Program-made: the position numbers and the translations under genes | Shown here: positions 8,031-17,362 of the stretch, one piece after another | Layout: every line of letters starts with the position of its first letter | Position numbering within the stretch: the stretch's first letter is position 1 | Assembly: GCA_964344705.1 (NCBI GenBank) | Contig: CAYFOG010000004.1 | Location: forward strand, 22,156-59,577 | DNA length: 37,422 nt | From: Candidatus Woesearchaeota archaeon | GTDB taxonomy: Archaea > Nanobdellota > Nanobdellia > UBA10117 > ARS21 | Reading direction: 5' to 3' | Notes under the pieces: model-generated | Databases searched by the model: none | What the model saw: only the letters and a program-made list of their open reading frames with translations | What the model was told of the DNA's origin: nothing

Positions 8031-8938
8031 TTTAGTTTTAGTAAATTTACGTCGTTTCTTATTGCTACACCTTCGTTCACAGTTAATAATTCTTTTGAAT
8101 CTCCGCGTGCAATTCCCAACCCTATTAATTCATTCTTTGTGTTAAATACTGCAACTCTGTCTTTCTTTTTAATTCCATCAGTCAATTGGATTATTCCTTT
8201 GTAATAAACTGGCGAGCCGTGAGCAAATGGTTTTAGAACTCCGTCATCAACCCAGACTTTTTGCATCTCTTCAACTGCGCGTTCAAGAGGTAATAAAACT
8301 TTTCTTAGTTTTGCTTCATCCTTGGACGTTAGCGCGTTTGTTATTACTTTTGCTGAATGTGCATCTTTCAAAAAGAACGGTCCAGATTTTATTCTTTCAA
8401 GCTCGTCCATATTCGCTCCAACGCCTAAATCTTCACCGATGTCATGAATTAGTTTTCGAATGTATGTTCCTGCTTCGCATTCAACATATAGAGTTACATT
8501 TCTTCCGTTTATTTTTTCTATTTTTGATTCATAGATTTCTCGCGTTCTTAGTTGTCGTTTGACTGCTGCTCGCTTTGGAACAAGCTGTTCAATCTTTCCA
8601 GTGAATTTCTTGACAGATTTTTGAATGTTCGCTTTTGGAGCCTTTTTGTGAAGATGCATGTTTGCGCGATATATTTTTTTGGATAAGGAGAGTATGCTTG
8701 AGATTTTATTTCCTCGATTTAGAAATACTGGTAGGACTCCAGTTGTGATTGGATCAAGAGTTCCCGCGTGTCCTGCTTTTTTTATTCCCAAATCAAGAAG
8801 AAAACGTGTTGCCTTTCTTGAATATGGTCCTTTTGGTTTGTTTAGAATTACTAGAGAATGTTCTCTTAATTCTTTGATAGATTTCTTTGGAGTTCTCTTA
8901 AGAATTTTTACAGACTTTTCTCTAACCAAGATTCTCAT
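8027..8938 (-). CDS. cbf5: H/ACA RNA-guided pseudouridine synthase Cbf5
   Basis: KPKGP, GHAGTLDP, CEAGTYIRKL, C-terminal PUA domain. Confidence 0.95.
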   Translation of the reverse strand: MRILVREKSVKILKRTPKKSIKELREHSLVILNKPKGPYSRKATRFLLDLGIKKAGHAGTLDPITTGVLPVFLNRGNKISSILSLSKKIYRANMHLHKKAPKANIQKSVKKFTGKIEQLVPKRAAVKRQLRTREIYESKIEKINGRNVTLYVECEAGTYIRKLIHDIGEDLGVGANMDELERIKSGPFFLKDAHSAKVITNALTSKDEAKLRKVLLPLERAVEEMQKVWVDDGVLKPFAHGSPVYYKGIIQLTDGIKKKDRVAVFNTKNELIGLGIARGDSKELLTVNEGVAIRNDVNLLKLK

Positions 8939-8968
8939 ATTTATGTAAGCTTGTGAGTGTATAAAAAA

Positions 8969-9253
8969 TTATTTTTTAGACTTCTTTGCTTTCTTTGCTG
9001 GTTTCTTTTCGAACTTTGGTTTTGATGGTTGGACGAATCCAAGCTTCTCAAGAGCTTTTAGAACTGCGTCATGAGTTGCGCCTTTCTTGATATCTACTTT
9101 TGTTCCGATGAATTGCAAGTGTCTTGAATTGACTCTCTTTCTTCGTGAGAATCCATCAATTGTAACATAACCGTCTTTGTGAACTTCAATTACTATTGCT
9201 GGTCTTCCAGCGTCGCGTCCCGCAATTTTCATACAAACTTTTCCAATTTCCAT
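8969..9253 (-). CDS. rpl14e: 50S ribosomal protein eL14
   Basis: IGKVCMKIAGRDAG, RRKRVNSRHL. Confidence 0.95.
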   Translation of the reverse strand: MEIGKVCMKIAGRDAGRPAIVIEVHKDGYVTIDGFSRRKRVNSRHLQFIGTKVDIKKGATHDAVLKALEKLGFVQPSKPKFEKKPAKKAKKSKK

Positions 9254-9265
9254 ATTTTGATTTTA

Positions 9266-9688
9266 TTAATTTACTTTAAGTATCTTCCGAAAAATCATCG
9301 AGAAGAATATTGATAATAATATATATGTTCCAAGCCATCCCATTTCCCACGGCCATACTGGAGGTCTTAGCACAATAACATCAGTCATTATATTTCTAAG
9401 CCAAGTGAAGAAAAGTAATAATGGAATCATGTAGTACATCATTGGCTTGAATGACATCTTCATTTGTTTCATTGAAAGTTCCATCATTTTCTTTTGATGT
9501 TGCTGGAATTTTTCAGGATCGTCTTTCAGCGCTTTTACTTCTTTTCGAAGTTTTTTAGAGTCTGCTTTTAACTCGCGCATTACATTCTGGTCAACAGTCA
9601 TTTTTTGAACAACTGTTATTAGGAGCGTAATTGAAATAACTGCTAGAGTCATGAATGTAATTGGTCCCAATCCAAAGGGAATTGCCAT
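9266..9688 (-). CDS. EMC3/TMCO1 (DUF106, Oxa1 superfamily) membrane insertase
   Basis: TM - Met-rich coiled coil - SFKPM - TM - GWLGTYIL; conserved position after secY. Confidence 0.9.
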   Translation of the reverse strand: MAIPFGLGPITFMTLAVISITLLITVVQKMTVDQNVMRELKADSKKLRKEVKALKDDPEKFQQHQKKMMELSMKQMKMSFKPMMYYMIPLLLFFTWLRNIMTDVIVLRPPVWPWEMGWLGTYILLSIFFSMIFRKILKVN

Positions 9689-11080
9689 TTACTTATCTCC
9701 CCCCATCATTTTTCTCAGAGCCGGATGTAAATCCATTGCGTGCTCTCTTGAAATATCTTCATAGAGTTTGTAAATAATCATGACCGCTAGTAAGATTCCA
9801 GTTCCTCGACTAAGTGCTCCAAGCAAGTCTGCAAATGCTGCAAGTAATCCCACTAATGCTCCGCCCATTACTGTAAGTCCTGGAATATATCTGTTCAAAA
9901 TACTTTCAAGAACTCGAGGATCTCTTCGGAATCCTGGAATTTGCATTCCTGAGGATAGGATTTGCTTTGCTTGTGCGTCTGCGCTCATGTTTGCAGTCTT
10001 TACCCAAAGTACGGAGAAAAATGCTGAACCTACGATTAGTAAGAAGGAATATACTAGTGCTTGCAGTACCATCTCTCCAGTCATTGTCTTGTTAATTAAA
10101 GATAGAACTATGCTTGGCGAGTCTACCCATTTAACCAAACCCGTTGCCGCAACTCCGTTCTGGAAAGTCCCAAGCAAAGGCTTTCCCCAACTTTCAAGAA
10201 GTCTTCCCCAAAGCTGAATGTTCGCCATAAGAGCTGCTATTAAAATAACTGGGATGTTGGATGTGTACATGAACTTAAGCGGCCATCGTATTCCGTGGCC
10301 TCTGATACGTCCGAAAGATAATGGAATTTCAACCTTCATTGATTGTCCATAAACGGATAATGCGAATACTCCAACCGTTGCTACTATTGCTACTATTGCT
10401 GCCATAGCTCCAGTTACATCTCCTGTTCCGAGAGCTTGAACTAAATAAGGTATTCGTCCTACTGGAACGTCTGGGTTCAACGGTGATCCAAATGGACTGA
10501 ATGCTGCGATGAATATTTCTCGGGATACTCCTGCTGCGATGAACAGTGATACTCCTGAACCGAATCCCCATTTTTGTACGACTCCGTCCATAAGAACTAT
10601 CATATAACCACCTACGATTAATTGTATAATCAACATGAGCTGCATAAATCCGTATGCTCCTGCAGTTAGTCCTGCGGCTGGCGCTAAACCGCCCATCATA
10701 ACGTAAACTATTGCTTCAAAGACTACGAATAATAGTATGAATACTTTCTGCATAGATTGGAATGCTGCTCGACCTTCTGTTTTTGTCAGATCAAGTTTGA
10801 GTATCCCCGAACCTGCAAGCAATTGTAATACGATGCTCGCCGTAACGATTGGTCCGATACCTAAAGATATTAGAGAACCGAAACTTGCTCCAAGAATTGC
10901 AGATAATGATTTGAACTGACCTAGTGCATTTTGACCAAGTCCGTACAGAGGAATGTGTAATAGAATATAATAAAGAAGTAAAACAATTCCCGTCCACTTC
11001 AATTTTTGGTTGAATCCTAATTTCTTAGATGGCCCATCAACGTCTGGGATGTATTTCGAAAGTTTTTGGATTAGACTCAT
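9689..11080 (-). CDS. secY: Preprotein translocase subunit SecY
   Basis: LGIGPIVTASIVLQLL, KWGFGSGVSLFIA, YTSNIPVIL, IPGFRRDPR, GTGILLAV. Confidence 0.98.
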   Translation of the reverse strand: MSLIQKLSKYIPDVDGPSKKLGFNQKLKWTGIVLLLYYILLHIPLYGLGQNALGQFKSLSAILGASFGSLISLGIGPIVTASIVLQLLAGSGILKLDLTKTEGRAAFQSMQKVFILLFVVFEAIVYVMMGGLAPAAGLTAGAYGFMQLMLIIQLIVGGYMIVLMDGVVQKWGFGSGVSLFIAAGVSREIFIAAFSPFGSPLNPDVPVGRIPYLVQALGTGDVTGAMAAIVAIVATVGVFALSVYGQSMKVEIPLSFGRIRGHGIRWPLKFMYTSNIPVILIAALMANIQLWGRLLESWGKPLLGTFQNGVAATGLVKWVDSPSIVLSLINKTMTGEMVLQALVYSFLLIVGSAFFSVLWVKTANMSADAQAKQILSSGMQIPGFRRDPRVLESILNRYIPGLTVMGGALVGLLAAFADLLGALSRGTGILLAVMIIYKLYEDISREHAMDLHPALRKMMGGDK

Positions 11081-11100
11081 GATTATGATTGCCCTCCGGC

Positions 11101-11574
11101 TTATTTTTCTTCAGTTGGAGTTGTTTCTTCAACTTTTCCGCCAGCGGCTTCTAACTTTTCTTTTGCTTTCGCTGAAACTGATGGAATTGTAACAGTAATT
11201 TTATCTGAAACTTCTCCTTGTGAGAGAAGTTTTGTGTATCCAATTTTTGTAAGGTTTACTGAATAACCTGTTTTTGTTTTTTCTGCTTTTCCTTCAGCAG
11301 TCCATTTTGTAATGTGATTTTGTAAATCTTTCAAATTTAATACTTGAGATTTTTGAACTCGCTTCAAAACCGTAATCATTCCTTGATTGTCGTTTGCGAT
11401 TTGTCCAACAGGTCTCTTTCCTTGAGCTAGTGGAAGCGTCTTTCTTTGCTGTCCTCGCTTTCCCATTCCTGCTCGTCCGCGTCCTCCTCGGTTTCCTGCG
11501 CCTCGGTGCTTCTTACCTGCGCCCCAACCGTGAGTTCGAGTTCCACGTTGCTTTCGAGATTTTTTGTCTGCCAT
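11101..11574 (-). CDS. rpl15: 50S ribosomal protein uL15
   Basis: RGTRTHGWG..KKHRGAGNRGGRG, AKEKLEAAGG. Confidence 0.97.
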   Translation of the reverse strand: MADKKSRKQRGTRTHGWGAGKKHRGAGNRGGRGRAGMGKRGQQRKTLPLAQGKRPVGQIANDNQGMITVLKRVQKSQVLNLKDLQNHITKWTAEGKAEKTKTGYSVNLTKIGYTKLLSQGEVSDKITVTIPSVSAKAKEKLEAAGGKVEETTPTEEK

Positions 11575-11575
11575 T

Positions 11576-12061
11576 TTAAATCATCTTTTGGATTAGCTTG
11601 CCCATTTCCTTGCCTCGATATCCAAGTGCTCCACCCGCTGCGTACGGATGTTTAATTCCGCCACGTTCGAATCCTCCAATTGGAGGGTGCATCTTGAAGT
11701 ATCGCTTCAGACCTGGAATGTCTTTCATGGAAGCTTTTCCTTCAACTAAAGATTTTGATAATGAATTAAAGTCAGATTTTGCTTCTTTCTTCAAATATTC
11801 TGCTGTCAATTGTTTGTTTCCTGGAAGTCTTCCTCGCTTCTCAAGAAGTTCTTTGACAATTTCAGCATCAACTTCCCCAAAAGTGCAATAGTCTTTTACT
11901 TTGTTAATCATTCCAATGTTTGATGGTGTGTTTTTGATTAGAACGACTCGGTTCTTTCGGTGGAGTTTCATTAAGTCCATTGCTTTCTTTATCGGTTCTC
12001 GAATTCCAACTTCTCCTCGAATTCTTAACACTGCTATCATTTTCCCATTCATTGATTTCAT
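11576..12061 (-). CDS. rpl30: 50S ribosomal protein uL30
   Basis: AVLRIRG, GMINKVKDY.TFGE, HPPIGGF, GALGYRG. Confidence 0.96.
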   Translation of the reverse strand: MKSMNGKMIAVLRIRGEVGIREPIKKAMDLMKLHRKNRVVLIKNTPSNIGMINKVKDYCTFGEVDAEIVKELLEKRGRLPGNKQLTAEYLKKEAKSDFNSLSKSLVEGKASMKDIPGLKRYFKMHPPIGGFERGGIKHPYAAGGALGYRGKEMGKLIQKMI

Positions 12062-12840
12062 TTGTTAATTGATCCGTATCTTACAACGGCTTTTTGTTGA
12101 TCTTTAAGTCGAACTGTTGCTGTTTGCTTTAATGCTTTTATTGTTGCATTGATAAGATTGATTTTTTGTCGTGTTTGACCTTTGGATTTTGACCAGACGT
12201 TTTCAATTCCTGCCAGTCTGAAGATTTTCTTCAGTTCGTTTTCAATAACTAGTCCTGTACCTGGTGGCGCAGGCATGAAGGTTATTCGGACAGAACCACT
12301 TCGTCCGTTAACTTCGAATGGAATTGAATTTGGTTCAGGAGATTCGCTTTCCCAAGAACCGTTTCCGCGTCCGATTTGCATAATGTTTAATTTAGCATTT
12401 CTCAAAGCCTTATCCTTTGCTGGAACTGTTTCTTTGGATCTTCCAACTCCAACTCCAACATAACCGTCTCGGTTTCCAACTACAGCAAGTGCGTTGAAAG
12501 CAATTCGGTTTCCGTCTTTGGTCTTCTTTTGAGTTTGTTTGAATATTCTTCTCTTTCCACCACCGAACTTACCTTTTGCTTGTCCGACATTGATGAATTC
12601 TACTTCAAGATTTGGGATTAAAGCATCAACAATTTCTGATTCAAGAATCCTTTTTCCAGAGTTTAGTACTTCCTCTATTGTTGTGAGTTCTCCTGCTTTG
12701 ACTTTTCTTCCTAGCTCAGTCTTAGGTTTCCATTCCTCAAGCATTTTGACTCTTGGATCTATTACTTCTCCATCTGGTCCAATTCTTTGTCTAGGAGTGT
12801 AACTTCCTCTTTTTTGTCTGGGTCTTGTCTGTTTCCTCAT
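12058..12840 (-). CDS. rps5: 30S ribosomal protein uS5
   Basis: WKPKTELGRKV, VVGNRDGYVGVG, PAPPGTGL. Confidence 0.97.
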   Translation of the reverse strand: MRKQTRPRQKRGSYTPRQRIGPDGEVIDPRVKMLEEWKPKTELGRKVKAGELTTIEEVLNSGKRILESEIVDALIPNLEVEFINVGQAKGKFGGGKRRIFKQTQKKTKDGNRIAFNALAVVGNRDGYVGVGVGRSKETVPAKDKALRNAKLNIMQIGRGNGSWESESPEPNSIPFEVNGRSGSVRITFMPAPPGTGLVIENELKKIFRLAGIENVWSKSKGQTRQKINLINATIKALKQTATVRLKDQQKAVVRYGSINK

Positions 12841-13334
12841 TTTGTGATGCTCTCCTTAAGCTTTTTTAAGTCTGCTGAAAGCTTTTCGTTAATGTGTGCT
12901 CCGTTAAGCCTTTCTTCACTTGGCAAGGATTCTTCGGATGCTGCAATCTTCAGTCCGCCATCAATTGCACCCTTCAATATTCCATAAAGTTTGCAACCTT
13001 TTGTTGGCGTGTATGAACCCATGTCCAAAATTGCTTCAGCAACTTTTGCTTTCTTAGCTACTCCTGCAATTGCTATTCCAGTCAGATATGCTGCTGGAAG
13101 ATTTGAACAAGAATGCTTCCATCCTTTCGCCTTAAGTGAACGTGAATTGAATTGTGCTACAGTTGCGTCTCCTCCTTCAGTATACTTTACAATCTGTGCC
13201 GTCAAATATTTGTTTGATCTTCGTACAACTAATTTTGGTAGATCTGATTTTGCTAGAGCCAAACGTTTCTTGTAGTTTGTCTTACCAATTCTTTTTCTTC
13301 TGAATCTTACGTTGTATCTCTTTCGTGTTGCCAT
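12837..13334 (-). CDS. rpl18: 50S ribosomal protein uL18
   Basis: RRKRIGKTNYKKRL, NLPAAYLTG, KGAIDGGL. Confidence 0.97.
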   Translation of the reverse strand: MATRKRYNVRFRRKRIGKTNYKKRLALAKSDLPKLVVRRSNKYLTAQIVKYTEGGDATVAQFNSRSLKAKGWKHSCSNLPAAYLTGIAIAGVAKKAKVAEAILDMGSYTPTKGCKLYGILKGAIDGGLKIAASEESLPSEERLNGAHINEKLSADLKKLKESITK

Positions 13335-13814
13335 TTACTTTTTTCCTCCTTTTGGAGTTTTCTTAACTTCCTTCAGCATCTTTCCTTGTTCAATTACTTG
13401 AAGCAGGTGTCTCTTGTTACGGAAGAATCCTCCTTTTGCTCTTAAGTATAACATCTTCCAATCACTTGTTGAAAGTCGTCCTGAATCTTTGAAGGATTTG
13501 ATTATTTTTCTTTGAAGTCGGATTCTGTTTATCCAATCTTTCTTTGGAGGATTTCTTGCAGATTGTCGTCCAACTTTTGAACCTGCTCCACGTTGTCTTC
13601 CTTTCTTCTTTGCTGTAGCTCTTTCTCTTGCGCGAGCTCTTGAATTTCTAACTAGCGGTAAGACTTTGATTACGTCCTGATCGATTAAATCTCGAATGTC
13701 TGCTTTAGTGATTGCTTCTTTGACTTGTTCTGCGTTAGCTGGATCAATTCTTATTCTTCCAACTCCAACTTTAGCTACTTTGGATGCCAAGGTTTTTTGC
13801 ATATCTAGTTTCAT
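13335..13814 (-). CDS. rpl19e: 50S ribosomal protein eL19
   Basis: AITKADIRDLI, WINRIRLQR, LYLRAKGGFF. Confidence 0.97.
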   Translation of the reverse strand: MKLDMQKTLASKVAKVGVGRIRIDPANAEQVKEAITKADIRDLIDQDVIKVLPLVRNSRARARERATAKKKGRQRGAGSKVGRQSARNPPKKDWINRIRLQRKIIKSFKDSGRLSTSDWKMLYLRAKGGFFRNKRHLLQVIEQGKMLKEVKKTPKGGKK

Positions 13815-14470
13815 TTCTTAGGTGCCTCCTTTTTTGGTTTTGATTGTTTTGGCTTTGATTTGGGTTTTTCTTTCTTTTCTTCTTTCGGTTTTGATTCAGA
13901 CTTCTTTCCTGCGGACTTGTCCGCAGTCTCTTCTTTCGCTTTCGCTTCAGAAGATTTGTCTTTCTTCTCTTCCTTTTTGTCTTTCTTTTCCTTAGCTTCT
14001 TCAGCCTTCTTTGCTTTTGCAGTCTTCTTTGTCTTTACTTCTGTTCTCTTTTTCTTTCTTGCTGCCAAACCTGTTTCTATTTCCTTGATTTTTTCGTCAA
14101 TCATTGGGAAATTTGAAATGTTTACCTTTATCTTCTTTGCTTCTTGAAGAATTGCAAGTCTCTTTCGGTTTCCAAGAGTTCTTGGAATTAGTGCAATTTG
14201 ATCTTTAGTGATATTCTTTAATTCTTCTGGACTTGTGATTGCAACTTCTAGTAATCCACTTCTTAGTCTTCCTCGCAATAGTCTTGGAGTTCTATATCCA
14301 ACTTTTACAATTGCGTTGTATCCTTTTCTTTGTCGTCTCATCTTTGAGTGAACTCCTCGCGGTTTTCTCCAGCCCGTTCTGCTCAATCTTGCTTTGACGT
14401 GAGCTTCCTGTCTACGGAACTTAGGCATTTTTTTCTTCATTGCAATCTTTTGTGTAATTAGTTCTTTCAT
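13811..14470 (-). CDS. rpl32e: 50S ribosomal protein eL32 with long Lys/Glu-rich C-terminal tail
   Basis: PKFRRQE, WRKPRGVHSKMR, VKVGYRTP. Confidence 0.95.
   Translation of the reverse strand: MKELITQKIAMKKKMPKFRRQEAHVKARLSRTGWRKPRGVHSKMRRQRKGYNAIVKVGYRTPRLLRGRLRSGLLEVAITSPEELKNITKDQIALIPRTLGNRKRLAILQEAKKIKVNISNFPMIDEKIKEIETGLAARKKKRTEVKTKKTAKAKKAEEAKEKKDKKEEKKDKSSEAKAKEETADKSAGKKSESKPKEEKKEKPKSKPKQSKPKKEAPKK
13910..13957. repeat. Intragenic palindromic repeat, copy 1 (in rpl32e)
   Basis: TGCGGACTTGTCCGCAGTCTCTTCTTTCGCTTTCGCTTCAGAAGATTT; 45/48 identical to 19668-19715. Confidence 0.9.
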
Positions 14471-15123
14471 AGTACTTTACCTGCCTTTTCAATTATGAAT
14501 ATTCCGTCTTGGAAAACTCTTCGGTCTCTTCGTGTGACTCGAGTAAGTTGTTCCATTCGAGTTGCGGTCATTCCTACAAGTTCGATATCTCTTGAGGATA
14601 GCTCTACAATATCTCCGTTGATTTTTACTTCAACTCCTTGTGGAATTTCTGCTTTACGAATCTTTTTTCCTCCAAGAAAGTTTTTCAATTCAAAGCTGTT
14701 TCCTTCTAATTTTGAAGTCATTGGAAAGTGAACTGATGTGATTTTTAGCTTGTATACAAATGGTTCTTCCAAACCTCTTTGCATGTTCTTCAAGTGTGCT
14801 GCGAAGGATCCTACAACTGCTCGTACCTTTGCGCTTGAAGACTTTCCTGTAATTACAATTTCATCTCCTTCTTGTTTGAATGTAATTAATGCTACCGGAT
14901 ACTCTCTTGATAGTGTCGCATCTCCTTTAGATAGAGTTACTTGTTTGTTGTCAACATTTACATTTACTCCTTCATTTAATGGAACTCTTGATTCTGGTTT
15001 TATCTTTTCACCGAAAGGCATTGGAACGACCTTTTTACCCTTACGGTACTTTAGGACTGGCTTGAATTTTCCTTGATGTCTAAAGTGTGTTCCTTGGACT
15101 CGAGTTCTTCTTGTTGTTGACAT
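14467..15123 (-). CDS. rpl6: 50S ribosomal protein uL6 with basic N-terminal extension
   Basis: HLKNMQRG, HFPM, NFLGGK, RDRRVFQDGIFI. Confidence 0.96.
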   Translation of the reverse strand: MSTTRRTRVQGTHFRHQGKFKPVLKYRKGKKVVPMPFGEKIKPESRVPLNEGVNVNVDNKQVTLSKGDATLSREYPVALITFKQEGDEIVITGKSSSAKVRAVVGSFAAHLKNMQRGLEEPFVYKLKITSVHFPMTSKLEGNSFELKNFLGGKKIRKAEIPQGVEVKINGDIVELSSRDIELVGMTATRMEQLTRVTRRDRRVFQDGIFIIEKAGKVL

Positions 15124-15124
15124 T

Positions 15125-15514
15125 TTAGTGAACGTATGCGATTAATACTCCTCCCTTGTTTGTTTCCTTTGATTTGATGTGTGTGATTATTCCGTCTGTT
15201 GTTGAAATGAACATTCTTCCGAAGTCCTTTGCTGGAAGATATCTCTTCTCGAACTTCTCATACGTGTCCATCTTGACTGAGAATCTTGGTTTGATTGCTC
15301 CGATTTTGTTAATCTTTCCATTCAATTGAACGGTTGTAACAGTTCCTCGAGCCGTGTTTTCAGATTTGAAATCTTTAATGTATCCTTCTTCCTTAAGCAA
15401 AGTCATGATTCTTGTAATTACTTTTGAAGATGGGTAAAGTGTTACTTCCGGCTTTCCTCTTGCTGCTGCGTTGTTTATTTTTGACAATGCCTGTGCAAGT
15501 ATATCATTCATCAT
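15125..15514 (-). CDS. rps8: 30S ribosomal protein uS8
   Basis: INKIGAIKPRF, EKRYLPA, STTDG, GGVLIAYV. Confidence 0.97.
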   Translation of the reverse strand: MMNDILAQALSKINNAAARGKPEVTLYPSSKVITRIMTLLKEEGYIKDFKSENTARGTVTTVQLNGKINKIGAIKPRFSVKMDTYEKFEKRYLPAKDFGRMFISTTDGIITHIKSKETNKGGVLIAYVH

Positions 15515-15515
15515 T

Positions 15516-15737
15516 TTATCTGTATTTTACAAAGCCTAGGTCTTGAGCTACTTCTCTGAAACATCTTCGACAGATGTGCAAACCATATCGGCCAATTTTT
15601 CCTCCTTTTCTTCCACCGCACCGAGTACAACGAGATAGATTCTTACCATAAGCTCTCTTTTTGATAGAGTTGTTTCTAAGGACTTTTCGCTTTCTTGTCT
15701 TTGAGAAAGACATTTTCTTTACTCCCGGTAATTTCAT
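15516..15737 (-). CDS. rps14: 30S ribosomal protein uS14 (Zn-binding)
   Basis: CTRCG...[21 protein letters not shown]. Confidence 0.96.
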   Translation of the reverse strand: MKLPGVKKMSFSKTRKRKVLRNNSIKKRAYGKNLSRCTRCGGRKGGKIGRYGLHICRRCFREVAQDLGFVKYR

Positions 15738-16267
15738 TCTACTATCGCTCCCAATTTCTCTTTTGCAAAGTTAATTGCATCTTCTTTTGTGATTCGGTGT
15801 GAGTTTGATATTTTTGCTGGTGCTAATTTTCGAGTCTTTACTCTGAAGCCTGGTCGCTTCAAAGTTACTGAAACATTTAATCCAATAATTCCAATCTTTG
15901 GATCGTATTTTACATCTGGAATGTTGATGTATTCTGAGATTCCAAAACTGAATCCGTTTTCATTGAATTTCTTTGCTGGAACTTCCATGCTTGCTGCTTT
16001 CAATAATCTCTTAAGCAGTTCTTCGGTTCCGTTTCTGATTGTGACTCTTGATCCAATTGCTAAACCTGGTCTAAGTTTCCATGCTGCAATTCTCTGTTTT
16101 GCTAGTGCTTGAACTGCTTTCATTCCTGAAATGTTTGAAAGTAGAGCGACCCCTTTTTCTACTTGTTTTGGATCTGGACCTGAACCAATGTTCAAAGTGA
16201 TTTTTTCTATTCTTATTTCTTGCATTGGGTTATTCTTAGTTTGAGTTTTTGCTGCTGCTTCTGCCAT
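15734..16267 (-). CDS. rpl5: 50S ribosomal protein uL5
   Basis: [41 protein letters not shown]. Confidence 0.97.
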   Translation of the reverse strand: MAEAAAKTQTKNNPMQEIRIEKITLNIGSGPDPKQVEKGVALLSNISGMKAVQALAKQRIAAWKLRPGLAIGSRVTIRNGTEELLKRLLKAASMEVPAKKFNENGFSFGISEYINIPDVKYDPKIGIIGLNVSVTLKRPGFRVKTRKLAPAKISNSHRITKEDAINFAKEKLGAIVE

Positions 16268-16268
16268 T

Positions 16269-16985
16269 TTAGTTTACTGTAATTGAGGCTTTCTTTGTTC
16301 CAACTGTAATTAAGTTGTTCAAAGAACTTTCAATTGTCTCCTTTCCTAATGTTAAGACTGCAATCTTCTGTCTTCGAAGTATTCCTGTTTCTTTTAAAGA
16401 TTTTAATGTTGCTGAGTGTCCTGCTCTCTTACCTCGAACGAAGTAAACTTGTGCGCCATTGCTGAATCCAAAGTTTTCTGTTATTTTCTTCTTCTTCAAA
16501 TCGAACAATACTGATTCTCCAACTTTGATTTTTGTCTTTGAATCAGTCAAAACATTCCATCCGTTTGAGAGGTTGATTTGAAGTTTTCCGCCTTTGATTG
16601 ATGTCTTTTCATTTACTTGAAGTAATAGAGTGTTAGCTTCTTTATCTGAAATTTCAGACACTTGAAGTTTTCCAAGAGTTGTTAGAACAACTCGGTAATT
16701 TTTCTTGATTGTTGGAAATGAAATTACGTCGAACAATCCAACTGGGAATTTTGTGTCTCTGTAAAGTTTTCCATTAACCAATATTTGTTTTGTATTGATT
16801 AAATACTTCAGTTCTCGTTGGTTTTCAATCATACCAACTACGTCTCGAAGTAGTACAACTAGTGGAATTCCTTCTACTTTTGTTCTTGGACCTGGAGTTG
16901 GTTTTGCAATCCATTTGGATGCCTTACGTGCAACTTGCCAAGGTTTTGGTGCTGCCAGTCTGGATACGTGTCTTTGTTTGCTCAT
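16269..16985 (-). CDS. rps4e: 30S ribosomal protein eS4
   Basis: RLAAPKPW, P.PGP, FPVGLFDVI, GGKLQINL. Confidence 0.96.
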   Translation of the reverse strand: MSKQRHVSRLAAPKPWQVARKASKWIAKPTPGPRTKVEGIPLVVLLRDVVGMIENQRELKYLINTKQILVNGKLYRDTKFPVGLFDVISFPTIKKNYRVVLTTLGKLQVSEISDKEANTLLLQVNEKTSIKGGKLQINLSNGWNVLTDSKTKIKVGESVLFDLKKKKITENFGFSNGAQVYFVRGKRAGHSATLKSLKETGILRRQKIAVLTLGKETIESSLNNLITVGTKKASITVN

Positions 16986-17362
16986 TTTCTAGCTAGTGCC
17001 TCCTTTCTTTTTTTGTCTGAAAGTATTGGTGTGATTATTACAACATTTGATGGGTGAATCGGATACGGTGCTGTTTGACCATTTGCTTTTACTTGGTGTG
17101 CGCCATCTACATAAATTCTGGTTTTCTTTGTGTTGATTTCAGTTATCTTTCCCATCTTTCCTTTGAATTGTCCCCTTAGGATTTTTACTGTGTCACCTTT
17201 TCTTACTACTAGGCTTTTCTTTTTGTGTTCTGTTCTAAGAGCCTTACTTAAAGGTGAAGCTAGAAATTTTCTCTTGATGTGTGTTGGTGCGTTGAATACG
17301 AATTTTCTTTGCTTTCTAGGTTGAACGCTTGTACTCCAACTTTTACTCCATCGATTTTTCAT
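16982..17362 (-). CDS. rpl24: 50S ribosomal protein uL24
   Basis: SVQPRKQRK, VRKGDTVKILRGQFKG, PIHPSNV; TAATG overlap with rpl14. Confidence 0.96.
   Translation of the reverse strand: MKNRWSKSWSTSVQPRKQRKFVFNAPTHIKRKFLASPLSKALRTEHKKKSLVVRKGDTVKILRGQFKGKMGKITEINTKKTRIYVDGAHQVKANGQTAPYPIHPSNVVIITPILSDKKRKEALARK

Noticed and set aside
11165..11172. GCGAAAGC in rpl15 as a further copy of the tail element
   Set aside because: Lies in the conserved SAKAKEKLEAAGG motif with no flanking similarity; explained by Ala-Lys-Ala codons
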